NCBI GenBank assembly: GCA_963745835.1
Contig: CAVUZH010000013.1
Location: 512,001-576,000, forward strand
DNA from: an uncultured delta proteobacterium
Lineage (GTDB): Bacteria > Desulfobacterota > Binatia > UBA9968
Reading direction: 5' to 3'
DNA length: 64,000 nt
The notes below the pieces were generated by a model, which saw nothing but the letters and a program-made list of their open reading frames with translations, made no database searches and was not told the DNA's origin. A program made the position numbers and the translations under genes. This document shows positions 41,759-50,493 of this stretch, piece by piece (the first letter of the stretch is position 1; every line of letters begins with the position of its first letter).

Positions 41759-41945
41759 CTGACAAAGCTTGACCCCGATGCTTAGGTTTGAGATTAAAAC
41801 GACCAAGCACAAGGACGCCCGGTGGAGGGAAAGAATCTCCCCGTCGCCGGTGTGAGCTCAGGAATCTATGAAGTAAAAGTCTGACGACGGGTCGCCGGAC
41901 GGAAAAATAGTTGTCCTTATATAATAGTTGTCTCTATTATATAGC

Positions 41946-42953
41946 ATGCCGATTCAGATTGACCGGAAAAGAGCAGAAACCCTCGCATCTCAATTCGACG
42001 AAGCGCGCGAACTCGTGCGCAACGAATTTCACGGTCTCGACACACACCGCCAGTACCGTAACGCCTTTGCCCGGCTGCTGAAGCCGGATCCGCTCGGGCG
42101 GGTACTGATGATGGGTACCGACCAGCGCGACATGTTCGCGCCGGAGCTCCGCCGCGTCATAGAAACGTCGGTGCCGAGTGACGGTCACATCTTCGACTTC
42201 GGAGCGGGCGACGGTCAAACCTTCGCGCTAGTCGCCGATTCCGTGCCGCAGGGCACCCGCGTCTCGATCGAGGAGCCCAATCCCGAATACCTCGCAAACT
42301 ATCGCGCGTTTCTAAAAACAAAGGCGCATTTGCGGCCCGGTGCGGCGCTGGCGGCGGAATTTGATGAGATCGACGCAGCGGCCGAGCGTTCGGGGGAAAA
42401 GCTTCCGTTAGATGGCAGCATCGACCTCGGCCTGGCGCTGCACATGATTTATTTCGTCAGCGACCTTCCCACCAGCGTCATAAGGATGGTGCGCTTTTTG
42501 AAGCCCGGCGGTGCGCTGTTCGTCGTCGTCACCGACGAAACCATCGGCTATACCGGGCTCGCGCTGAAAAGTTTTATCGAACAGGGCGGCGACACCGGTG
42601 ACAATGCGCGGCATCTCGCAGTCATCGAAGAGCGCCGCCGCTTGCTCGGAGTACCCGCGGAAGGCGGTGGCGCGATTGGCGAAGTGCTCGGTGCCGCGGG
42701 AACTCCGGTGGAAATTAACGTGCGGCGCCAGCCGAGCCGGCTCTATGGACACAATCTCGCCGACCTGGTCGCGCTCTCCTCGATTGCGCTCCTGGCCGGC
42801 ATCGAAGGTCTCGACAAATACGAGGCCGCAACTGCACTGCTGCGCCACAATCCCGAAGCCGCGGACCTGCGCATAGAAGACGACGGCCCCCGTAAAGGCA
42901 TGTGGAGCGTCACCCAACCGCAATGGGTCGCTGTCTTGCGCCGAACGCCCTAG
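41946..42953 (+). CDS. Class I SAM-dependent methyltransferase
   Basis: IFDFGAGDG motif I, EEPN, LHMIYFV, FLKPGG. Confidence 0.8.
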   Translation: MPIQIDRKRAETLASQFDEARELVRNEFHGLDTHRQYRNAFARLLKPDPLGRVLMMGTDQRDMFAPELRRVIETSVPSDGHIFDFGAGDGQTFALVADSVPQGTRVSIEEPNPEYLANYRAFLKTKAHLRPGAALAAEFDEIDAAAERSGEKLPLDGSIDLGLALHMIYFVSDLPTSVIRMVRFLKPGGALFVVVTDETIGYTGLALKSFIEQGGDTGDNARHLAVIEERRRLLGVPAEGGGAIGEVLGAAGTPVEINVRRQPSRLYGHNLADLVALSSIALLAGIEGLDKYEAATALLRHNPEAADLRIEDDGPRKGMWSVTQPQWVAVLRRTP

Positions 42954-43187
42954 TAGCTAGCGCCGCTTTCGATCACGACGAATTGGACGGGTGTCATCAA
43001 GAGGATTTCCCGCTCTCGCGGAGACAAAAGTTTGTCGTGGGTGTTATGTCTGAGCCGAATATGCCCTCAGTTCTTCTCGCCGGCGATGCCGGGGCCCATG
43101 GCGACCCCCATACAGCCCGCGAGCAGAGCCGCCGTCATTGCGCAAATGCACCGGGCCCGCCCTGCTCATTCCAAGGGAGCCGGTCTG

Positions 43188-44447
43188 TCAGAGAACTTCG
43201 TTGAGCATGTAGAAAGCGTTGTCTTTCAATTTGTGCCACAGCCCGCGTTTGCGCCACGCCTCGAGCTCAATTTCCTCGCACCCGGGAACGTACTTCTCGA
43301 AGACTGCGTCGAACCGCTGTGCCGTTGCCGGGTCCAGGATGCCGAGGGTAATTTCATCGTTGGTCTCGAAAGACCGGTCGTCGAAGTTGCTTGAACCCAC
43401 TGCGCTCCACACGCCGTCGATGGTCATCACTTTCTGGTGCAGCAGGGTGTGCGGATACTCGAATAGACGCACGCCGCAGCGCAGCAGCTTTTCGAAGTTG
43501 CGGTGCCCGGCGTGTTGCACCATGGGATTGTCGGATCCCGCAATCGACGGCATGATCACGCGCACGTCGACGCCGCGGGAAACGGCTTCTCCCAACGCGT
43601 CGATCGCTTCGGGCTCGGGAATGAAATAGGGATTTTGAATCCAGATTCGCTTGCGCGCGAGGCATATGGCCGTGTGGTGGAGAATCTTCACGGCAGGCGC
43701 CGAGCCTTCCGGCTTTACGAACGCGGCATGGATCAGCACGTCGCCTGCAGGCTCCAGAGCCGGGAACACATCGTCGCCGGCGAACAAATCACCCGTTTGC
43801 CCAGCCCAATTCTCGCTGAACGCGGCCTGCACGCTGTGCACGATGGGACCGCGCAACCTCACGCTGATGTCGGCGACGTGTTCGCTGTCCTGGGCGTCGC
43901 CCAACCAACTGTCGACGATGCAATGACCGCCGACGAACGCTTCGCGCCCATCGACGACGACGATCTTGCGGTGGTCGCGGTCGTTCAGCACGCCGATATT
44001 GCGCCAAACCTTTTCATGGAAAAACACGACCCGGCATCCGGCTTCTTTCATCTGTCGCACAGATGCTTTGCCGACATCTTTAGAGCCTTCCGCATCCAGC
44101 AGGACACGCACCTGCTTGCCGGCGCGAGCCCGCTCCGACAACGCGTCCGCCATGCGCTGACCGAGCGCCCCTTCCTTCCAAAGAAAGGTTTCGAAATGGA
44201 CTGACATTTGAGCTGATCGAATTCGCTCCAACAGCACCTCAAAAAAAGCGCCGTTCTCAAGGACTTCGACGGAATTGCCGGGGACGGCTGTGCCGAGGGT
44301 TAACCCGGCGAGCGAAGGAATCAGCTCACCGATCGGCGAACTGCATTCGATGCGCAGCTTGGGATCACGGTGACGTTTAATCGACCAAATGACAATCGAT
44401 AGCAGCACAACGAGACAAACTAACGCCACCGCTGTAAGAATGTTCAT
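43188..44447 (-). CDS. cls: Cardiolipin synthase-like phospholipase D
   Basis: Two HKD motifs (HRKIVVVD, HQKVMTID), N-terminal TM, VGSSNFDDRS; start taken at MNILTAV. Confidence 0.9.
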   Translation of the reverse strand: MNILTAVALVCLVVLLSIVIWSIKRHRDPKLRIECSSPIGELIPSLAGLTLGTAVPGNSVEVLENGAFFEVLLERIRSAQMSVHFETFLWKEGALGQRMADALSERARAGKQVRVLLDAEGSKDVGKASVRQMKEAGCRVVFFHEKVWRNIGVLNDRDHRKIVVVDGREAFVGGHCIVDSWLGDAQDSEHVADISVRLRGPIVHSVQAAFSENWAGQTGDLFAGDDVFPALEPAGDVLIHAAFVKPEGSAPAVKILHHTAICLARKRIWIQNPYFIPEPEAIDALGEAVSRGVDVRVIMPSIAGSDNPMVQHAGHRNFEKLLRCGVRLFEYPHTLLHQKVMTIDGVWSAVGSSNFDDRSFETNDEITLGILDPATAQRFDAVFEKYVPGCEEIELEAWRKRGLWHKLKDNAFYMLNEVL

Positions 44448-44573
44448 CGGCCCTAATCTATGAAGTCCAGTGCAGCGGAGCAAGTCATCGAGGAAGAGGA
44501 CTGCTCGTCGGGTGGGCGGCCCGTCGCTAAGGCCCCTAGTGCTTAATGCAATGGCCGTTGGCGACTGGGTGAG

Positions 44574-44625
44574 TTTCAACGATTGAATGGAGCCGAGCTA
44601 TTGAACAGCTGGAACGGTTGGAGCA
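44574..44625. repeat. Degenerate TTGAAC/TGGAAC repeat remnant R6
   Basis: attgaatgg...ttgaacagctggaacggttggagc. Confidence 0.5.
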
Positions 44626-44819
44626 ACTTTTTAGGTTATGCCGCCTGCCTCGGTGGGTAATCTCGAATGATTCGTCCAAACTCAAATCAGGATCGCGCTA
44701 TCGCATTGAACGCGCTGAAACCGACTTAAGTCGCGTCTTCGCGCAAACTTCACCAACCAACTCTACGTCTCCGCCGCTAAAACTAAGCAACCAATCCTGT
44801 GGCCGAATTTGTCACCCAG

Positions 44820-45431
44820 TTACCTGCTGTCCCCCACTCTTCTCCCCTGAGTGGCTTTGCGTGTCTCGACGACTGTTCTCCAACTTTCCCAGTCAAAGAG
44901 CAGGATGGCATCGGCTCCGGAGACCACTTTGTACCGAACTCCCTTGTGAACAAAAAACCTGTCGGGGAGTTCCGAAATTCTCTTGAAGTCTTTACTCCCG
45001 TCAACCTCGGTGGCAATCCAGTAACGGCCATCATATAGGTTCGGGTCGGTGACAAAGGGAATATCGACTCCTCCCTCCCTAAAGCTCACTTTAATCCAAT
45101 TTGGGCCTGCGCCCGTGGCAACACCGGGAGTCAATCTGGCCAGCAGCAAAGACTTCGTTCCGGCCGCATCTTGATATTGAGCGACAACGTCACTCGAAAT
45201 ATAGAACTGCAGTTTTTCCAGATCTTCTAAGTTGAGGCTGGGAGTCTGGCGATGGGAATAGTTCTGAAAAGCCATCGGCGGAGCCGACGAACAGCCAGCG
45301 AAAAGAAAAATGACAGACACCGTCAGTAATCCTCGATTGCTTCGTCTGCTGATCGAGCAGGTCCGCGAGCGGACGAGTGCATACACCCACTGCGCAGCGG
45401 ATAACGTTGCGAACGTTTTTTGAATTTTCAT
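44820..45431 (-). CDS. Hypothetical lipoprotein
   Basis: Lipobox FAGC after hydrophobic stretch; no family recognised. Confidence 0.6.
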   Translation of the reverse strand: MKIQKTFATLSAAQWVYALVRSRTCSISRRSNRGLLTVSVIFLFAGCSSAPPMAFQNYSHRQTPSLNLEDLEKLQFYISSDVVAQYQDAAGTKSLLLARLTPGVATGAGPNWIKVSFREGGVDIPFVTDPNLYDGRYWIATEVDGSKDFKRISELPDRFFVHKGVRYKVVSGADAILLFDWESWRTVVETRKATQGRRVGDSR

Positions 45432-46062
45432 TGCCGTTCTTTCTAGCTGGTCTTTACCTCGGAAATCTAATCGAAATAGACGCGGCGAGTATTTTATAGT
45501 CTCTATCGAATGTCAACACTGATTTTGCTTCTCGGTACGCGAGGCCTAAATTAGTGTTCGGGCATTCTGATGAAGGATTTTGAAACCAAGGCAATCTACG
45601 AAGAGATCGGGACCTTCGCTCATTCGACCGAAGAATACCTTCGGTATATGACGCGTCATCACGGCTTCTTCTCCTCTTGGTTAGTAGGCCTGAGGCTGCG
45701 CTCAGCCGGCGCTTTCAGTGATAGGGCTCATGCCAGAGTTTAGACAACCTCTGCATTTTATTTCGATTGATTCCTCGCGCATTCAATGATGCTTATATCC
45801 ATCACAGATTTCATCGGAATGATTCTCTCGGCGTGCAACCGCTAGTTCGGCGGCGTGTTCATCGGGTCCGCAACATGATGTCACTGCCCGCGAATACCTG
45901 TCATGGGCCATCACTCTGGCAAGAGACCCGCCTGCCGGAGCACACTCGCGAATACAAGACGCCAATTACTGACTATTCCCCCGCGACGCTCTCTTCCATT
46001 TGCGTGCATGCGGGAATGTGGGCTACTATAGCTACAGTTATAGCTATTGATGGGGACCCGTC

Positions 46063-46293
46063 ATGAAGACCGTGCAGATGACCTTGGATGAACAGCTGGT
46101 AAAGGCCGTGGACAGCGCCGCAAGGAAGTTGGGAACCACACGATCCGGCTTTACACGGGAAGCCTTGCGTTCCGCGCTCAAGGAAGTTCGCGTCAAAGAA
46201 TTGGAGTTGCAACACCGCGAAGGATACAAACGTAAGCCGGTTAAGCGCGGCGAGTTTAGCGAGTGGGAATCGGAACAGGTCTGGGGCGATTGA
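46063..46293 (+). CDS. Ribbon-helix-helix (CopG-type) antitoxin
   Basis: MKTVQMTLDEQL..AVD..ARKLG.TRS...REALR; tatagcta repeated upstream (46027, 46039). Confidence 0.85.
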   Translation: MKTVQMTLDEQLVKAVDSAARKLGTTRSGFTREALRSALKEVRVKELELQHREGYKRKPVKRGEFSEWESEQVWGD

Positions 46294-46604
46294 TGAAGCG
46301 CGGGGAAGTTAGATGGTATGTGTTTTCCAGACCCGACAAGAAACGGCCAGTGCTCATTCTAACGAGAGACTCGGCGTTGGAGTTTCTCGGAGAAGTGACC
46401 GTCGCCCCTATTACAACCGTGATTCGCGATATTCCGTCGGAGGGCTTGTTGACCAAGATGGACGGAATGCCGAGGGACTGCGCCGTAAACTTTGATCATC
46501 TTCAAACCGTTTCTAAAGGAAAGATCGGTTCGCTCATTGCGACTTTAAGCTCGAGCAAGATGCAACAAATGCGGTCAGGCTTGCTCTTTGCGCTTGGCTT
46601 CTGA
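46293..46604 (+). CDS. mazF: PemK/MazF family toxin
   Basis: TGATG coupling; MKRGEVRW, KKRPVLILTR, VTVAPITT, D.LQTV.K. Confidence 0.9.
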   Translation: MKRGEVRWYVFSRPDKKRPVLILTRDSALEFLGEVTVAPITTVIRDIPSEGLLTKMDGMPRDCAVNFDHLQTVSKGKIGSLIATLSSSKMQQMRSGLLFALGF

Positions 46605-46621
46605 ATTTCAGTTGCCCCGTT

Positions 46622-46674
46622 GCTCGGCGGATTTCGCGATCTATCAGCTGCTCAGCCGCAATGTTCTCGACCCC
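46622..46674 (+). repeat. SBP-gene-derived repeat copy C0 (internal fragment)
   Basis: 52/53 identical to 59440-59492. Confidence 0.9.
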
Positions 46675-46944
46675 TTCCTTCCAAAGAAAGTTTTCGAGAT
46701 GCACCGACTTCTGAGTCGCTTGAGTTCCCTCCAACAGCACGTCCAAAAGAAGCGCCGTTCTCCAGGACTTCGACGGAATTGCCAGGGGACGGATGTGCTG
46801 AGCGTCAGTCCGGCGAGCGAGGGAATCAGCTCATCGATCGGCGAACTACATTCAATGTGCAGCTTGGGATCACGGTGACGTCGAATCGACCAAATGACAA
46901 TCGATAGCAGCAATACCAGGCAAAGAAATGCCACCACTATTCAT
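46671..46944 (-). pseudogene. Frameshifted duplicate of the 5' end of cls
   Basis: Collinear with 44168-44447 (LSIVIWSI.RHRDPKL.IECSSPI.ELIPSLAGLTL); indels; fused to C0 at CCCC. Confidence 0.85.
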
Positions 46945-47000
46945 CGAGATTTTACGCCATTCAGTCACTATAGAGAATGGACCCTTATCCCCTCTGATTC

Positions 47001-48317
47001 TTATCGATGCGAAGCCGCAATCTGATTGAGCCGCGATTGAATCTCGCGCTCCGGTAACCAGCGCCCACGCACCATCACGCCGGACCGGCGCGCGATATTG
47101 TCGATGTCCTCGAGGGGATTGGCATCGAGTAGGATCAGATCGGCGCGCTTCCCCACTTCTATCGTTCCAAAACTATCTTTCTCTTTGAGATATAGACCGA
47201 CATTGTAGGTTCCCGACCTGAGGATGTCGTACGGCTTCATCCCCGCATCCGCCATCCGTTTCATTTCGCGGTGAATCGAAAATCCCGGGACGCTGAAGCG
47301 CTGCGGCGCGTCGCTGCCCAACAGGATTTTCACGCCGCTATCGTGTAGCGCTTTGAGCAGGCGCATACGGTTCTGGATCACGGTGCGCGCTACGTCAGGC
47401 TTGAATTCGGAGTTCTTGAGGAGATTCTCCTGAGCGCTTGTCCACTGCTGGATCTGCTGCGGCGGCATGTATTTCAGCTCCGGGTAAGCACGCAGGGTGG
47501 CCAGATCTGCGGTTCCTCGGAGTGTTTCCCACAGAGCCATGGTTGGCACGACCCAAACGCCCGCCTCGCGCGACAGCTTGGCGATCTCTTGAAGCTTGGC
47601 GTCGGGCATGGGGCCCTTTTCTCCCTGCAGAAATTCGATATAGCCGTCGAGATGATCGAAGGTTTCCTGTCCGCTCTGGATCGCATGAAGGAGCCCGACA
47701 TCGGCCGGCACGTGGCCCGCAAAGCTTATTCCCACTTCCTTTGCGGTTCTCGCCATCGCGTCGTAATGATCCCGCGCCAGACCCGTAAGGACTTTCAGGA
47801 GGTCCCATCCTTCGCCCTTCTGTTGCCGGACAGTTTGTATCGCCTCTTCGGCAGACTTGATCGTCTTTCCACTGAAGGGAGGTCCAGCGAGATAAAGATT
47901 CGGCGCCATTAATTCGCCTCGCTTGGCTCTCTCTCGAAGATCGAGTTGCCCTGGCGCGCCCTGCATTCCTCGGACAGTTGTAACGCCATTGGCGATGTAC
48001 AGGAACAAGACCGCCTCGGTAAATTCCCGAGACTGAAGGGGTGAAGGAATATGTCCATGCATTTCGCCTAGGCCCGGCATTAGATATTTGCCGCGACCGT
48101 CGAGCGACAACGCTTTCTCCGGTACCTTGGTGTTTCCCGCTGGCCCCACAGCACTGATTCGGCCATCACGGATAACAACAGTCTGATTGTTTAGCAGCCC
48201 CTCCCGGTCCATTGGGACAACGTTGACGCCGATAAACGCAAGATCTTGGGCCGAGGATGGTTCGAGAGAAACGAAAAGCATCAAAGCCACACCAACGAGA
48301 CACAAACTCGGTTTCAT
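47001..48317 (-). CDS. Secreted amidohydrolase family protein
   Basis: Signal peptide; DGRGKYLMPGLGEMHGH, NGVTTVR, GSDAP, G.IEVGKRADLILL. Confidence 0.85.
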   Translation of the reverse strand: MKPSLCLVGVALMLFVSLEPSSAQDLAFIGVNVVPMDREGLLNNQTVVIRDGRISAVGPAGNTKVPEKALSLDGRGKYLMPGLGEMHGHIPSPLQSREFTEAVLFLYIANGVTTVRGMQGAPGQLDLRERAKRGELMAPNLYLAGPPFSGKTIKSAEEAIQTVRQQKGEGWDLLKVLTGLARDHYDAMARTAKEVGISFAGHVPADVGLLHAIQSGQETFDHLDGYIEFLQGEKGPMPDAKLQEIAKLSREAGVWVVPTMALWETLRGTADLATLRAYPELKYMPPQQIQQWTSAQENLLKNSEFKPDVARTVIQNRMRLLKALHDSGVKILLGSDAPQRFSVPGFSIHREMKRMADAGMKPYDILRSGTYNVGLYLKEKDSFGTIEVGKRADLILLDANPLEDIDNIARRSGVMVRGRWLPEREIQSRLNQIAASHR

Positions 48318-48416
48318 GGGCCCCTCCGTTGAAACGCCTGCTTGAACGTACCATATATCATCACTGTCGTCCCGGGATACCCGGGGGACGCGGCATCTCG
48401 TTCTTGCGATCAGAAA

Positions 48417-48572
48417 ATGGAGGTGGCCGGCATGCTCGGTACAGCATCAGGAAAGAACTACGGCAGTCGGTTTTTGACCGTAGTGTTTACCGTTCGTGCG
48501 AACCGGATTGGTGTGATCAGCGCGCGTCCGATGAGCAGAAGCGAGAAGAAAGTATATGAAAAAGAAAATTAA
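48417..48572 (+). pseudogene. BrnT (DUF497) toxin C-terminal remnant
   Basis: R.LTVVFTVR..RI.VISARPMS..EKKVYE; conserved N-terminus not found. Confidence 0.65.
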
Positions 48573-48618
48573 ACCGGTGCCGAAGTTCAGAAACGAACAG
48601 CACGAGCGGGACTTTTGA
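48556..48618 (+). pseudogene. BrnA-type antitoxin, truncated
   Basis: MKKKIKPVPKFRNEQHERDF then TGA where the PKF..E..E..FW motif expects Trp; overlaps brnT end. Confidence 0.6.
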
Positions 48619-48657
48619 ATGCGAGGCAAGCTATGACTCGCAGGCGGCTTCCTCGGT

Positions 48658-48687
48658 TTGACGATTAATCCATTACCCCGGTAATCT
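48658..48687 (+). promoter_or_regulatory. Promoter/operator of abrB-vapC (probably leaderless)
   Basis: TTGACG-18 nt-TAATCT, ATG 5 nt later; palindrome attacc-cc-ggtaat 48672-48685. Confidence 0.55.
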
Positions 48688-48692
48688 AAGTT

Positions 48693-48956
48693 ATGGCATT
48701 AGCGCAATCAAAAGTTACGGCCCAGGGACAGATTTCTGTTCCGGCGAAAGTGCGACGAAAACTCGGTATCGGCCCAGGCTCGGTGCTGGAATGGGACGAA
48801 GAAGGTGACGTCGTGGTCGTGCGCAAAGCCGGCCGGTATACATCGGAAGACATTCATCGCGCGATCTTTCCGCGAGGGACACCGGCTTCGAAGAAGCTAG
48901 AAGACTTCGACAAATGCGTGCGGCGCTATATGAAGAAAAAACATGCGCGCCGTTGA
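48693..48956 (+). CDS. AbrB/MazE/SpoVT family antitoxin
   Basis: SKVTAQGQISVPAKVRRKLGI.PG..L.W. Confidence 0.9.
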   Translation: MALAQSKVTAQGQISVPAKVRRKLGIGPGSVLEWDEEGDVVVVRKAGRYTSEDIHRAIFPRGTPASKKLEDFDKCVRRYMKKKHARR

Positions 48957-49322
48957 CACCAATGTCTTGGTCCGTCTGGTCACGCGCGACGATCGGAAGC
49001 AGGTCGCCGCCGCGGAATCATTCGTGAGTAAGGGGCGTGGGTGGCCACCTTGGTTCTCACGGAAGCGACATGGGTTCTTACAGCTGTGTACGACCTGAGT
49101 CACGCGGAGATTCCGACGGCCATCGAAATGCTTTTGCGTCATCGGGATCTTATCATTCAAGAGTCCGATAGCGTGGCCGCAGCACTCGAGCAGTATCGCA
49201 AGCGTCCGGCGTTGGGGTTCTCCGATTGTTTGATCCTAGAAACAGCGCGGAAAGTCGGCCATCTTCCGTTGGCAACCTTTGACCGGAATCTCTCGAAGCT
49301 CGATGGAGCCGAAGGACTGTAG
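48943..49322 (+). pseudogene. vapC: VapC PIN toxin, frameshifted
   Basis: MRAVDTNVLVRL from ATG 48943; one base missing in the G run at about 49031-49035; other frame continues VL.EATWVL...FSDCLI...LATFD. Confidence 0.85.
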
Positions 49323-49456
49323 CGCTGCGCAACGCGAATTTGTTTTTGCAAAATCAGCGCGAGATTAATGCTGACTTATCAGAGTGTTGAAAAAGCGGTC
49401 GTCGACTGGACGTTTGCCGCAAGAGCCCGAGGATAATCATCAGAAGTAAAAACTGC
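49322..49456 (+). repeat. SBP-gene-derived repeat copy C1 (internally deleted)
   Basis: 49322-49372 matches 59739-59790; 49397-49452 matches 59959-60012. Confidence 0.85.
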
Positions 49457-49567
49457 CTCCAAAGCAAAACGTCAAAAGCTACAATTGACCGAAGGCCGGT
49501 CGTGCACTCAACGAAAGCTCACCATTCCAGGAAGTGGACGCCGCTGTGGTGAGAGTTCATGGTGGTG

Positions 49568-49861
49568 TTAGGCGGCCAATTTCACCGCGACTGAGACGCC
49601 AGCCTTTGCGCACAGGCCGACGAGGTAGTCCAGAGATAGCTTGTCAACCTTGTTGCGCGCGATCTCGGAGATGCGGGGCTGGACCACGCCAAGGCGCTTG
49701 GCGGCTTCCACCTGGGAAATTGCCTCACGGTCCATCCACTTACGGAGAGCTTCGGCCAGCTGGCAACGCAGGAGCATCACAGCCGCCTCGTGCGGTGGAA
49801 AGCCGAGATCAAGGAATACATTGTTTGCGCGCTTTACTTGCCGTGCTCGTTTCTTCTTCAT
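49568..49861 (-). CDS. XRE/HigA-type HTH antitoxin
   Basis: NVFLDLGF, SQ.EAAKRLGV.QPRISEI.R.K...LSLDYL. Confidence 0.9.
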   Translation of the reverse strand: MKKKRARQVKRANNVFLDLGFPPHEAAVMLLRCQLAEALRKWMDREAISQVEAAKRLGVVQPRISEIARNKVDKLSLDYLVGLCAKAGVSVAVKLAA

Positions 49862-50178
49862 GAGTGCCTCCCGGTTAACTTGTAACGCTCTGCTGCCAAC
49901 TTAATGTCCGCCTGGGACGTCTTTCGGGTCTTCTTCTGAAAAGCGTGCAAGACATAAACCGCTTCTTCGAATTTGGCCACGTACACGACGCGAAACACCG
50001 GCGCCACCTCGTATGCGAATCTCATACGCTCCAGATCCAACGGTCGGAAGCGGCTTAAAGTCTGCTGGTTCACGCCCGACTTGCACCATAAACAACTCGT
50101 ATCCGGCTTGTCGACGCGCCAATCGGGAAAGGTCGCTAAGTCGCGACGAGCTGTCCCGAGAAAGCGGATCGGTTTCAT
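49858..50178 (-). pseudogene. RelE/HigB (Gp49-like) toxin with two compensating frameshifts
   Basis: N- and C-termini in one frame (MKPIRFLG; FRVVYVAKFEEAVYVLHAFQKKT); conserved middle (AGYEL..VQ.G..P.DFKP...VG.G.YEIRIR) in another frame. Confidence 0.8.
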
Positions 50179-50187
50179 TACAAATGA

Positions 50188-50216
50188 ATTATACGATTAT
50201 TCGTATATGCTTGCAA
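50188..50216 (-). promoter_or_regulatory. Sigma-70 promoter with palindromic operator for the higBA-like pair
   Basis: TTGCAA-17 nt-TATAAT on minus strand; tatacga-ttat-tcgtata palindrome 50190-50207. Confidence 0.75.
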
Positions 50217-50326
50217 TCGCCCCACGAACCCCGAAGACAGCAACCGCCGATCTGAAAAGCTTGGTCGATAGATTATCGATATGATTTAGGAATTGGAACC
50301 GTCGGGGATTATCAACCAGCCATATA

Positions 50327-50405
50327 CGTGGTCGAAGAATGGATTTCCGTGGGAGCGTTTAGAGCGAAAGAAACAATCACCGCCAAGCCGCAACAGGTAA
50401 TCGAT
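50327..50405 (+). repeat. SBP-gene-derived repeat copy C2
   Basis: cgtggtcgaagaatggatttccgtggga...tcaccgccaagccgcaacag matches 59890-59967. Confidence 0.9.
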
Positions 50406-50493
50406 CGAACTCAGACGGCATTGCGCCCGCTGCGGCGCGTTGGTATTTTGTTTCCGGCTCGGACGGCGATAAGCTGTCCTGACAGGAGAAGGG

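Noticed and set aside
41815-41900. Possible riboswitch upstream of the methyltransferase (alternative pairings ccggtgg/tcgccgg and cccgtcg/cgacggg)
   Set aside because: No match to SAM, SAH, ZTP or fluoride consensus that I can recognise; short GC stems are expected by chance. An Rfam scan would settle it.
45540-45980. Possible gene remnants between the lipoprotein and mazEF
   Set aside because: Looks like decayed coding DNA but no family could be assigned.
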